The notes beneath the pieces are model-generated. The model saw only the letters and a program-made list of their open reading frames with translations. It was not told the origin of the DNA and made no database searches. A DNA stretch of 56,219 nucleotides, the filler included, from Sphacelaria rigidula (Eukaryota): NCBI GenBank assembly GCA_964200075.2. It is 7 parts of 7 records of this genome, joined end to end, with 100 filler letters (N's around TTAATTAATTAA, not from the genome) between each part and the next. Parts side by side here need not be neighbours in the genome. Positions count along the whole stretch, not along the records: positions 16,093 to 24,038 come from CAXNAA020012886.1; positions 24,139 to 32,084 come from CAXNAA020012887.1; positions 32,185 to 40,129 come from CAXNAA020012888.1; 4 more parts are not named here. One strand, given 5' to 3'. Both the position numbers and the translations under genes were made by a program. Positions 22,781 to 34,628 of this stretch are shown piece after piece (within the stretch, counting starts at the first letter, position 1; each line of letters starts with the position of its first letter).

Positions 22781-23660
22781 GCTTACCTGTGGGGAGTAGC
22801 GTGAGGATATGCGTATGGTTTTTCAGTGCATGAGTGTGTATGCTAAGCATGCTCTGTGGGCTTGTTACCTGAATCTATGTCGAAGTTGCACTGAACGGCG
22901 TGGGTGACGCCGGTAAAAAAAAAACAAGAATAAGTACAGACCGGTAATAAACCAAATGAAAGTTATTCGCTATTTTATTGAGCTGCTAAAATCAAATGAA
23001 CTAAAAAGCTCGCCTGAAAAATATGAATATTGACAATACAAACGAATATTAGTAACATTTAAAATTCAAATCGGTGCTTACCCAGCGAGTGTTATATACC
23101 TTGAGTTTATGTTGGTCGTGAATCGACGTACAACAAAATGCGGGGAAAAGAAAAAGAAGAAAAACAAATTGTGGGGCTGAAGAACAAATGTGTAGAAAAA
23201 ATGAAGAGAAAAAAAAAAAATGAAAGACTGGTTGATGGTCGCTTGCGGTTAAACGATCCTGAATGACGATTTATGTTGTGCGGGACATGAGCCTCCCGCT
23301 TTTTTTTTTTTTCTTTGTTGGGGTCCGTCGGTATCCGTAGTTAGTTGACCGGATTGCTGATACATGTTGTTGTCATGTTAGGTGATAATATTGATTTGGC
23401 TTTTCATGATTGTTGTCGATGGGGTGAGTGAGCATCGCGTTTCTTCATCCGTGATAGTCACCTGTCTGTTCAGGGGTGAACAATGACGTGGGTGCATGTC
23501 GTTTTATTCCCGCTCATGTGTAAAACAAGAAGGAACAAAAAAGGAAAAAAAAAATAGACTGAGCTCATGTTTCGCATAAAAAAAAACTTCATTAGTTCCG
23601 ATTAGTCTCGCAAGCTGTCCATGCATCAACGGTTCGGGTAATATTGTGCGCGGGGAATTT

Positions 23661-23675
23661 GCGCGCGGGGAACCA
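23661..23675 (-). promoter_or_regulatory. Primer-binding site (TGGTTCCCC..., tRNA-Glu-like)
   Basis: Minus strand reads ...CGTACA|TGGTTCCCCGCGCGC, upstream of gag. Confidence 0.6.
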
Positions 23676-23971
23676 TGTACGTTGGCGGGTATGGGATGAT
23701 CAAGTGTAGCTGTAGTCCAGAGTCGTGCGAGTCAGTAACCCGTGTATTACCGCGGCTCGGACCCTACATTCATGGTGGGGGTCTCTGCTCATTGCCCGTT
23801 GTTTCGTGTAGTTCATCGATGTGCCGAGAGGATATACATGACTACAATCATACTCACCCATAAACAATGCTGACCCCCGGAAGTAGTTGATTACTTCGTA
23901 CCCTTGTGAACTGGTGGGAGACCGATCCATGTATCGTCAATAATGTTGGAGTGAGTGTAGAAGTGTACGAA
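23676..23971 (-). repeat. Putative 5' LTR; outer boundary uncertain
   Basis: Ends in CA next to the PBS; no second LTR on the contig to confirm it. Confidence 0.5.
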
Positions 23972-24038
23972 ACAGCCGATCATCTATGTTGAGGATGGTG
24001 CTTTTCATTGAGGATGAGAACCCGGAGGATTAAAATAT
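23972..24038. mobile_element. Left arm of the 371-524 MITE family
   Basis: acagccgatcatc...cttttcattgaggatgagaacccggagg. Confidence 0.7.
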
Positions 24039-24138
24039 NNNNNNNNNNNNNNNNNNNNNNNNNNNNNNNNNNNNNNNNNNNNTTAATTAATTAANNNNNN
24101 NNNNNNNNNNNNNNNNNNNNNNNNNNNNNNNNNNNNNN
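24039..24138. other. Artificial contig linker
   Basis: N44-TTAATTAATTAA-N44. Confidence 0.98.
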
Positions 24139-24385
24139 TGCCTTAGTCATGTGACCATTGACCACGCATCCCTTTCGAGACGGAGCACCGTTCCTACTCC
24201 TAATAGAGACACCTTCAACATTCTGGCGCTCATTACGTCTCTTCCACACATTACACAAGAACCTCTTACATATCTTATCCCCTTCCTGTTTCGCCGTCTC
24301 TGGCCACCATCTATCTTCTAGTATAGCCATCGTTTTCTCCCTACTGCCTACTGCATCAAACGATTTCATGCCACCGGAAGGGGAG
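24139..24385 (-). mobile_element. Probable 5'-truncated LINE 3' fragment in an intron
   Basis: MKSFDAVGSREKTMAILEDRWWP...FLCNVWKRR resembles a non-LTR ORF2 C-terminus; lies just beyond a splice donor. Confidence 0.5.
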
Positions 24386-24422
24386 GATAGCGAAAAAAAC
24401 AAAAAAATGATGTTTCGTTCAC

Positions 24423-24593
24423 CTTGGGGCTCTTGAGGAGCTCGTTGAAAAGCAATCCGCACGGTGTGGCGAGATGGTCTCGGGTCTCGGCCGGCACGTG
24501 TGTAGGCAAGGTCTTGTCTATGACCACCTGCCACTGCGACGGCTCGAACAGAGCTGCGTCCAACACCTCCTGCAGGTCCTCGCTCCGCAAGGC
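24423..24593 (-). CDS. Large conserved protist protein (possibly DUF3638/DUF3645-type), exon 7 of the fragment
   Basis: gtgcag| ALRSEDLQEVLDAALFEPSQWQ...HLATPCGLLFNELLKSPK |gtgaac; 171 nt, phase 0. Confidence 0.8.
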
Positions 24594-26491
24594 CTGCACC
24601 AGTGTTCATGTGCAGGTAGTTGAAATGGGGAGAGAGAGGTAGAATCAACGAACAGCTCTCAGGGTGAAACTCTCCAAGTTACTTCAACAGCTGTTGAGAT
24701 GCTGTCCAGGCAATGTTACAACGCATTCCCCGCTCATTGTATTTTCCGTGTGAGGCTAGCTTTTGTACTGATGCCCTATATCCAGGATATCCAAGCTGCT
24801 GTCACCACAGGAATATCCTTGCTTCCCACAAAGCTGGCAATGCCAAAAAAAATAAGTTACCGACCAAATCCCGAAGCGATATGGGTTGATCGTTATGAGT
24901 TCCGGTACCTACACGAAGGGCAGATGTTGCGCTTCATATCGTCCGTTGCGGGCTACAACGCAAGCTAAGCACAAAAACTGTAGTCGAACTTGAACATGCT
25001 CTGTAATACTCAAACGCCGCAAAAACCTACTCCGTTCGGCACGCAAGTTACACATTAAAACATGCGAGTAATAGCGAGCACACCGCCAAGCCCCGTGTCG
25101 CCGTAGTGTACACCGAAGACGACTGAACGCAACATCAAAACTCACAACAACAAACTTACGAGTGCGATATAGCCTTCATGGACGAATCCTCAGCGAATGA
25201 TGCTTCCGTTCATGAGCATTCAAGAGATGACGAACGGGCGTCATGTTTTGTTCGACCTTGACAAAATTCTTTTCGGCACATACGCGGTGTAGGAGACGAA
25301 GTCAAGGTTGATGCCGGCTTCATCTCCCATGAATTGAGTATGGATGCAACACCACACAGCTAGTTCTTCGTATATACATGATTCGGCATCGGATGAAAAA
25401 TAACGCAAGTGTTGTTGCTACTACCTTCCTGAAAGAAAAAAAAAAAAAAGAGGAAAACTCAGACATGAAATTGATCTCACACCAACAGGAGCCTGACCCC
25501 CCAACGCAAACACACAAATTTTTTTTACAAGCAGGGCTAGCCGTAAAGCGTGCATATCCCGGGCACACAATAACTATTTAATCTTTCCGAGTCGGTCCGA
25601 TGTAAGTTAATCGCTGTGAACTGCTGAAAAACCTGGTGATGTACACCCTGCCACTAGAAAGAGATAAAAAAAACGAAAAAACCTTCAGCATAATATATGA
25701 CCTCAACGACGGAATCAGATTCTGCGGGGAAAAGACGATGTGTCGGGATTCGAACACGTGACCTCGATAACTTGAGTTTTTTCTCCCGCTTAGATTATTG
25801 GCGCGAAGCAATGTCGCACAAAATTTTTCATGCGCAGCCAAATTATAGGAGTTTCAAGTCGAAATGTACAAGGATCTTCTGCACGCAGACTAAAACAAAT
25901 CGTGCTCGAAGCAGCAAAACTTCGTTTTTTCATGAAGTTATTACGTTGTCTTCTTCTGAAAGTTCAAATCTCTCTAACTTTCTGTATTATTCTTTACAGC
26001 TTTGAAAATATTTCTGATTTTGATAAAACTCCCGTGTCCAAATATCAGCGTCTAATTCCTACTATCAAGCCGCGAGTCACCTGCCAACTGCGAATAAGAA
26101 CTATTGGCTGGCCCACCTTCTACAGTTGCTACATACAGTGTGAAGAAAAAAAATAACAGAGCAGCGCGGTGTCACAATATTTTCCCGCATGCGGAGACGG
26201 TCTGACGTCGTCCCGGTCGTAAGCGCTCCTACGGGAAATGACGTTTTTTTAGTGTGCTGATGCCACTGCTCAAACCCCAATGATGTAGGCGTCGTCGTAG
26301 AAAGGGACAAATTAGCAGCCCCTGATATTCAAAAGAGCTTCATTTTTTCTTGCTTCTTCCAGAAAAGGACACAAGACACCGGCTTGCATGCGGAGGATGC
26401 CTCAGACTTTCTCGTGCGTTCAGGTTTATTATTCTTGCAGAACACCCATGATGATCAGTATGTATGTTTCTCAATCCACCACGACACTCAC

Positions 26492-26617
26492 CTGCATGCG
26501 GACAGGGTCCGAGAAGAACTTGATGACGAGCGGTATTCGCAGGTAAGGGACGGTGAGATACTGCAGCAACAGCTCGCAGTCGTGCGCTCGGAGGCGGTCT
26601 CCGAAGTCCGGTAGACT
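26492..26617 (-). CDS. Same gene, exon 6
   Basis: ttgcag| SLPDFGDRLRAHDCELLLQYLTVPYLRIPLVIKFFSDPVRMQ |gtgagt; 126 nt; this frame is not in the ORF track. Confidence 0.8.
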
Positions 26618-28990
26618 CTGCAACAACAAAAACGCGTGGGCATGGTGAGGGGGGTCATTTGAATGAGTTCCTTTAATACTTGAGCGACACTCGAGATTGT
26701 GATCAGGAGGAACGGTGTGCCTACACTGCAGTCCATCGATAACTCCAGATATGGAGTATCTAAAAGGGGGAGGAACCTCATCACCAAGCGACTATCCGTA
26801 GCTCCAGCCATTTTATTCTCTGAGTCCTGCTAACTCCTCTCGGACCCGCGGTGAGACGGAGACAACGTGCAACATTATTTTACTCCCCCGCCCCTGCCTG
26901 GTCCAGCAAAAACCCGGTGTGCTTCGTTCCGACTTTGTAGGGATGCGAGGTCAATGGTCTTGAACTACGGCATGTCAGATCATGAGCAGGGGCGGTTTTG
27001 AGGTTTCCCCTAAGCGATATAGAAGACATGCTCAGGACAACATTTCTCGTGAAGGATTTTATCATGATAACCTTTGCAGGGAGTGCTGAGGCACAGACCG
27101 CGAACGTGCCTTATATGAAGGGCAGCTCGACGTGTTATGTAGTATAAAGTGGGAAAATCGCCGAAAGTGTTTGCCGGCAAAAGATACAGCAGTCTTTCAA
27201 AACTGCACGTGGCGTAAATGAAATGAAGCTGCTCAATCGCCCACACCTTCCCGGGTTCGATTGCCCCTTCGGTCACCGCGATACATCAACATGAACCCCC
27301 ACAAGTCGAATGATGAAAAGAATGGGAGGGGGATGGGGAGGGGAGCACCGACTAGCAGGTGTGATCAAGTCGCGCACGAATTTTCTGCGAAGAATGTGAG
27401 TATCCTCACTGCTTCACTGGTAGCCGGTGAGAATGGTTCACCTCCAGAAGACTCTGGTTGGAAGAATACCAAAAAATACATCGCTAACCGGTGTGTGTGT
27501 ATACATGTGTATGTGGCGATTTCCCGCAAAAACGGTGAATTGCCACGAGTATCCGTAGGAGACAAAATAACCCATTGCTTCCCCTCTTTTCATCTATCCA
27601 CCCTGCCTCCGACCCGCCGATCGTTGCACGACCTTTTCCCACAAGCAACTGTTCACAGCCTTCGACGCGTCATGAACGACACCAAAAAAATCAACTCACT
27701 ATACACGAACAGCAGTGTTTTTCATTGCACTGGCGCACCGCATCGTCGCTGAAGGCATCTTGTATCTTGTGTGCGATGCACTATTCATCGATAAGCCAGA
27801 TCGTTTGAACGTATACACCACCTTCTGAGGATCGGATGAATAATGACTCCTCTCAAAATTACTTGGTTTCAGTGTAATTGATTCGTACCTCAAGGACAAA
27901 CTCTTGGGCTTTGTTTCTAGCGTTGCACTCAGGTGAACGCAACCCATGCATGTGGAGCAAATAGCGTAAAAAAATGCCTACTACACTGTAGACACGTTTT
28001 TGATCCGCGGTAAAGTTTTTCCTTTTTTTTTTCTCGTGATGAGGCCTCAGATATCGTAGATTTCGTGATGCGAACTAGTAATGATATTGCCCGACCCTTG
28101 CGATCTTCTATGCATGCAGCACACACATAAAACACGGCTCGGCAACGAAGGGGGTGTCTGCGTATACCGCACACTTGATAGCGCGCGAGTCTTACCAAAT
28201 TAAACATTCGGCGTTGTACACGCAGAGAACACGTAACCTCATCGCCGTGAACTTCCACGACAAACACGCACATGTGAATTCTTGATGTAAATCACAGACG
28301 AACACTCATCGATGTTTCTGAGGCTGAGCAAGTGCACGTACCATCAGAAAGATCGATGCACAACGTGTTCATTTATTTCGTCACCTCCGATTCCTCGGGA
28401 CGAGTCCGTACTCAAAAGTTATCCACCCGTCCCTTCCCTGCTGTAGTAGATGCCTGACATGCTTGCTATCACCGATTTGATGAGCAGTCCCACGCCGCAT
28501 CGATCTTCGTCTAATTGTGGTTGCTACCCATGTTCTGATGTTCCCATGTTGTCAACGATGAAGCTCCTGAAATAAATGTTGTACAGTTGTATCTGCTGGG
28601 AATAAAACACACACCCTAGACAAGATGTGTGTCAATAGTTGCAATATGCCATACTGCATGTAGTACACTTGTTTCTATTACAAGCATTGACCACGTACGT
28701 ACTCCGCTCCAAGCGGTGTTACGATGTACTATTAACATTTTCAAGTCTGACCACCGGAGCGCGACGGTCGTTGTGTGATATGTACCGAGATATGTTGTAG
28801 GACAACATACCAAGTCGGTATACTGACAATAGACTACGTTTTCAAAAGTATATGGCTTACAGTATCGACTATTTTGTCTATTGCAATAGGCAATACATTC
28901 CATACTATACGCAGTACATTTTTCGACCATGTAACCTCTTGTTTAGGGTGTGATCCGTTGCTCTTTTCTGCCATGTTGGGTGCAACCCAC

Positions 28991-29102
28991 CTGTACGTGC
29001 AAGACATCATCCTCGGTGTCTATGCGCCTGTCCACCAGGTTGGAAGGATTGGCACCCGACGGAGGGGCGCGAGTCTTGGACATGTTCACGCCACGTAAAA
29101 AC
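28991..29102 (-). CDS. Same gene, exon 5
   Basis: aattag| FLRGVNMSKTRAPPSGANPSNLVDRRIDTEDDVLHVQ |gtgggt. Confidence 0.75.
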
Positions 29103-30357
29103 CTAATTATCACAAGAGTCAACGCAACCATGCGCAAGCACAATGATTGTGTTGAGGACAGTCAGGGCGAGCGACTAGAGCGGGATGGTGGAGCATGCCT
29201 GATTATATTCGCCGGCTTCAAAAGTGACTGTGACAGTAGGAATAGTACGAGTAACACCACGCAGCCCTTTCAGCGCGATTTTGGAGACACGAAGAGATGC
29301 TCATCTTCGTTGGATGTCACGCCCACGAACATTCTCATTGGAAGCGGTGGTGAGTATGTGCGTTGTGCTATCACTGAGCACTGCCTCAACCACATGCTAC
29401 GTAGAACTCACTTGTACTAAAATTCAAGCCTTGGTAACACCGTCTACAAACACTGTTACCCGCGTCTGAACAAGTCAAATACCAACATTGACAACTAGGT
29501 TCGCCAGATTCTCAGCGAAATTAGGTAGACATAGATACACACGCTCGCTGGATGCCTGACAGTTCTGTTTCTGCGGACTCATAGGGAAACAGGACGAGGT
29601 CGTATCCCCCCAAACCGGTGCTGCATCAGATGGTGCAAGCACAAACACGCCCACTGAAGCACCGAGTCAGCAACGATTAGTGGCCTCGTACTTCCGCAAC
29701 AATAACCTCGATTCAACCGGAGCCGCTTGACCGGTTGGTCTCTCATTTGTCACTCAACCCGTTTTTACTCCGTTTCATCAATGTCATATGCAAAATCCCG
29801 AATATCTCCGTGAGGATTTTAGGTGTCTTCAACAACGATGGCGACATGCCACGGGAAAACACGTTCCTTGAATCTGAATGGAATACAAAGCTCTCGACCG
29901 TAGATGAAGCAATGGGCCACCAGTTGGCCGCTAGGCCTCCGAAAGCAATGAACCCATTTTTCAGGACATAGCCCCTTGACTGTGAACCTTCGGGAATCTT
30001 TACTCCAAAACCATCAATACATGGGTAAAAAGTCAAAAGCGTTGGCATTGGTCCGTATTAAATCAATTTTTCACATCAGACGGGTTACAACGCTGTTCCG
30101 TGTTATGTTCGCTGACCCCAAGCAAGTTCAGCACAGCAGAAACATGTCTCGGGCTCCACATCATCGGCAACGCCGAAGCACTACATCGAGTTAAAAAAAA
30201 AACTCCACAAAAGGCCGATCCTGGTACTTGTGAGCTACCGTTGACAAGGGAGACTTCAAGGGGCAGATAATCAGCAAGATACATATCACCAGCTGGTGCG
30301 CCACTACCCGAACTACACTGTCCAGAATATCATCGGCGTCGAGGATGACCAAATATC

Positions 30358-30449
30358 CTCCTGAAGACAGTAAGCGCGCTCTTGTTCCCCCTCCCTTCGT
30401 CTTCCGTATCCACGAAGGCCTGACAGTCCAGCGTGTGTCCTCCAAACCC
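30358..30449 (-). CDS. Same gene, exon 4; donor boundary unresolved
   Basis: cgaaag| GFGGHTLDCQAFVDTEDEGRGNKSALTVFR; continues ...GYVVK in phase 0, but no phase-compatible GT donor precedes the TGA at 30330-30332. Confidence 0.5.
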
Positions 30450-30457
30450 CTTTCGAC

Positions 30458-30466
30458 AGCAGCAGC

Positions 30467-30515
<49 letters not shown>

Positions 30516-30525
30516 ACAACAACAA
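30458..30525. repeat. (CAG)n/(CAA)n microsatellite forming the acceptor tract
   Basis: Directly visible repeat. Confidence 0.95.
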
Positions 30526-30798
30526 TGTAAGTCACCCCCGGCAACAAATGAACAAAACTACAGTCGAGCGACACCGTCGCGTTGGCTAGTTCACTCGTGA
30601 AATCGCCAAGGTTCACTCATAGATATCTGCAGCGCGTGCAGGCGGAGAGCACACAACACTAGCGGGAAAAAAACGTTCAACACCCTACTCAACAAGCGAG
30701 AAAACGTCCAGCCTTCAGCTCAGGACGCAACTATACTCCGCATAGGCCATGGTACTCAATGCGAACAAAAACAAATGTGATCAAAGACACGTGCATAC

Positions 30799-30873
30799 CT
30801 TGACCACATAACCCTCCTCGAGCCCGGCCCAGTGCCAATGTAACCGCGCATCCGCTGGGGTCCAGGGGCGCAC
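30799..30873 (-). CDS. Same gene, exon 3
   Basis: cgtcag| VRPWTPADARLHWHWAGLEEGYVVK |gtatgc; 75 nt, phase 0. Confidence 0.75.
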
Positions 30874-31115
30874 CTGACGAGTTGAAAAATGCGAACAAAC
30901 GCAGGGACGAACACGTGACATTCGAGCGCGAACTAGGAAGTAACCCTACGAAGGAGGATTCTTCAAGAGAGTGCCCAGCTGACCCAGGGGTGGAAATTCA
31001 CGTGATACAGAAAGCAGCTACGGCAACAGCTTGTTCAACGAGCGACAAATGTGAATCGAAGGGAAAATATCTCCAGGGGGAATATCACACGCCGCCGAGA
31101 AACTAACAATCGGAG

Positions 31116-31116
<1 letters not shown>

Positions 31117-31175
<59 letters not shown>

Positions 31176-31179
31176 GCAA
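31117..31179. repeat. (CAA)n microsatellite, intronic
   Basis: Directly visible repeat. Confidence 0.95.
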
Positions 31180-31447
31180 AACGTTGAGAAATATCAAGAC
31201 AGGCAACAAGCGACACACGCGCGCATGCAAACGCACCTCACCACACACTACAGTTTCACTAGCGATACAAAAGACTCACAGTCGTGGGAGACATACTACT
31301 CATCCAACGTTCATCAAGAACACGTCATATCGTTGCCACGAAGGAACTGTTCCGGCAACAACATATCAACCCGACAGCAACAGACCAGATGAAATAAAGG
31401 AGAAATATTGGAGGGAAACACAAGGGGAAAATATGTGGAACGTGTAC

Positions 31448-31610
31448 CTCTGGCAGGACGTCCGAAGTCGGGGCCATGAAGGCCTTAAGAAGGTACACAA
31501 TATCCCTCAGGTACCCCAGCTCAGGGTACACATCCAACAGCTCAGGATTGTCCCCAGAAAGGTACAACCACGGGTCGTTGCACTGGAATCCCGTTTGCAG
31601 GCATACATAT
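31448..31610 (-). CDS. Same gene, exon 2
   Basis: ttccag| YVCLQTGFQCNDPWLYLSGDNPELLDVYPELGYLRDIVYLLKAFMAPTSDVLPE |gtacac. Confidence 0.75.
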
Positions 31611-31934
31611 CTGGAAACAATGATGTAGACATCAAGACAGTATATGAGCCACAAATTAAAAAACAAATAAACGCGAACAACATTGCACAAATGGGGAGAA
31701 TGATTATTATTTCGGAACATGAACTGTTACAACTGTTTGTTTGATTGTCGTACCTTAACTGATCCCCCAGGAGTCATGATCTAGCAGTGGTCATTATCCA
31801 CATGATAGACGTACCCGAGATAAAAAATACAACAGAAACAATCCATGAAGAAAAGTGGGAAAACATCAAGGCAGAGCAGATAAACAGGGTACACTCAATG
31901 CAGACCAAAAATATGAAAAAGGTGCAGTACCGAC

Positions 31935-31997
31935 CTGCTAGGTAATATGTACATGACCGCAACCAACTTGGGATCTCCGTCCCGGTGAGGTATATAC
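31935..31997 (-). CDS. Same gene, exon 1 of the fragment
   Basis: gtgcag| YIPHRDGDPKLVAVMYILPS AG|gtcggt; phase 2 matches the next exon. Confidence 0.55.
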
Positions 31998-32023
31998 CTG
32001 CACACACGGACATCCGGCGCAGA

Positions 32024-32030
32024 ATTATTA

Positions 32031-32084
<54 letters not shown>
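32024..32084. repeat. (ATT)n microsatellite at contig end
   Basis: Directly visible repeat. Confidence 0.95.
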
Positions 32085-32184
32085 NNNNNNNNNNNNNNNN
32101 NNNNNNNNNNNNNNNNNNNNNNNNNNNNTTAATTAATTAANNNNNNNNNNNNNNNNNNNNNNNNNNNNNNNNNNNNNNNNNNNN
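32085..32184. other. Artificial contig linker
   Basis: N44-TTAATTAATTAA-N44. Confidence 0.98.
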
Positions 32185-33127
32185 ATACGGATGACAGATT
32201 ACAATGAGTTGCTTTATTCTGTGGTATCGCCACTTCCAGAGACAGCCACAGCTTTTGCACAGACTCATGGGTGTCTAACCATAAGGGGGGGCTCGAGGCT
32301 TCGGGTGGGAGGTAGACAGCAAGGGAGGGCCATAGATGATCAAATTAAGTGGTTTGTGAGCCGAATCAGCCTGGGTCTGTCGATAACGAGTAGATGAAGG
32401 TAAAGAAGAGACTAATCAATGAGCGACGTTAGAAGTCTGAAGGGAGCTCATGCGGGGGGGGAGGAGAGGATGGAACGAGACCGATGCTTCCCAGCGACAC
32501 GGCCGAAGAAGCGAGTCTAGGCCATGCGCGCGCAATTCTATGTGAAGCATGCACTGTTCCAAACTAACGATCCATGTTCGTGGCGAGTGAGGGAATGCAA
32601 GCTCTTGCGGAGCTGCTAGGATAATAACTTGAACTTCGGAACGGAGGCGTCGTAGATGTTGCGGTCGACGACTTGCCGGCCCTAACGACATCTAGTACTA
32701 CTGCGGCCTGTATGTTCCCGTTTGGCGGGGTTGAATACCGGCCGTGCATGGACTATAGATTTGTGTCTTGTTTTCATGCTTCAGCTTACTGGTCCTTCCA
32801 GTCGAGGTCCGAGCCTTCTGCGTACATGGTCAAAGGAGGGGAGGGAGAGGTACTACCGACGGCAAGTTATCGATGGCCGATAACATACGTGTCGGGAAAC
32901 AATGTGGAGCACGATACCAGCTTTGAACCGAGTGAGTACTGCACGACCGAAATCACAGGTGATCACGCAAGAGTCCAAGAGAGAAATGGGTTCCAGTGCA
33001 GTTTCATCAGAGCTTATCAGATGCACCGTGCTAAGAAAAGAACAGAAACCAGACACCTCCAGCCCTCACCCCCTGCCCCCTAATCAGAGGTATAGGCATC
33101 CAGCAGCTCGTGTCGCGCAGTGCGCTA

Positions 33128-33404
33128 GAGTGATGCTATGATATGCGTGCACAAATATTTGCTGTAGGCGTGCACAAACATTTTCTAAGGTTCGGATTGT
33201 TGGGACCCCCCATCTCATCGAAAACGACAAATGACGTATGTGAGAGCAAGCCACGAAAAGCATTCCAATGGGCTCAGGATATCCCGAGTGGATGTGAAAA
33301 CGGTTTTGTTCAGACCCGTATTCTTGTGTAACTCCTGCCTTTAGGAGCCCCTCGGAATAAAAGAGACCTGGGCCCAAATATACAACCCGACCGTAGCATG
33401 ACTC
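33128..33404. mobile_element. 277-bp MITE with GAG...CTC ends and 4-bp TSD GCTA
   Basis: gcta|GAGTGATGCTATGA...CCGTAGCATGACTC|gcta; same TIR as 17151-17403 with a different interior. Confidence 0.75.
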
Positions 33405-34374
33405 GCTATATGTTGATTGATTGATCGATTGATTGAGTGTCGCGCATCAGCTGATGCGCCGCAAACCCAGCTGTGGAATGTATGTACCCGCGATGAAAAG
33501 GGGGAGGCATTTCTAGATGGAACTCAGGAAGAAGAAAAAACATTGGGGGGAGGGGATGCGCGCACATTTCCGTGTAGCACCAGAAATGTTTTGGGAGAGA
33601 TCCTGCGTCCGTCTCTTGGGAACGCGGTGGGAGACCTTCTCCGCCTCATCAAGTCACCGTGCTATCCTCGGCACGGTAAGCCTCAAAAGAACCCGGATGG
33701 AATTACGTGGCGCAGCACGAAGATTTAAGCTCGGGGCTTTTAGCGTATGGTATGGTACGAGTGTTGTCGTTGAATTCAAACGTATTCGATATTTAAAGCA
33801 CGAAACACGAACACGGGTATGGTACAGTAGTCAACATTGAAACAAAACATGTCGGATTGACGGCGATGTTTTAGGTTTTTCGGTACCACGACTCATCACG
33901 TTTCTGTTTAATCCCAAACTTTGGGAATCGAGAGACAAGAGTACCTGATAAAACTTCCGACAAAAAACATTACTTATGGTGAAATTTGACCGAGATCCGG
34001 GCTCATCGGTCATCAGGGGTCCTACGAGGGTATAACCTCCGTTCTATTAATTGATAGTTTCACTCGACGGAACCGATCCGAATCGTTACAACGAAAAACA
34101 TTTTGGCTTCGGTTTTTCATGTTCTGGATATTTATTTCGCAACAGCCAAAAAAACGTGTTTTTGGATCATACAATCAATACAACTCCTCTGTATACGGGG
34201 TTTTACTCGGTGACGTTCCGACTACACATTATTGGTGAGTGCGGTCTGAGGAGCACCTGCTGCTTCTTTTTCCAGTGCCTACCGACCTGCAAAGTCTCGA
34301 GCGAAGGTGATAAATCTTCGGCGAAAACACTCATTTAAGTGGACAGCACACTTGAAGTTTGACTACTACTGCAT

Positions 34375-34628
34375 GACGCTTTCTACGATAGCCCTCCTCC
34401 TCCCAAAAGTGGCTGGTTTGGGGAGGCGAAATCTACACGTGAATCGAAGTGAAAAAAAGCCGAGCAAAACGAGCAGATGGGAATCCCACGCTTGGGTTCG
34501 TTATTCGCTAGTGTCGCCCGTATGAGGCGCTTCATGCAACCTGAAAAAAACATCAGGTGTTGTATGACCATTTTTTCGTGACAGTTTTGGGCTGGTTTTG
34601 GGGGGGGGGGGCTATCGTAGGAAGTGTC
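34375..34628. mobile_element. 254-bp MITE with GAC...GTC ends and 4-bp TSD GCAT
   Basis: gcat|GACGCTTTCTACGATAGCCC...GGGCTATCGTAGGAAGTGTC|gcat; copies at 1-120, ~40840-41086 and 48082-48174. Confidence 0.85.

Larger units (their letters stand above)
16159..23971 (-). mobile_element. Decayed Ty3/Gypsy LTR retrotransposon (5' LTR, PBS, gag, PR, truncated RT, RNase H, integrase); 3' LTR off contig
   Basis: Domain order PR-RT-RH-IN; LTR end ...CA is directly followed by a TGG PBS; several stops and frameshifts. Confidence 0.93.

Noticed and set aside
31051-31392. PolyQ, polyL and polyA proteins (also 30191-30616 and 47675-48020)
   Set aside because: Translations of intronic microsatellites
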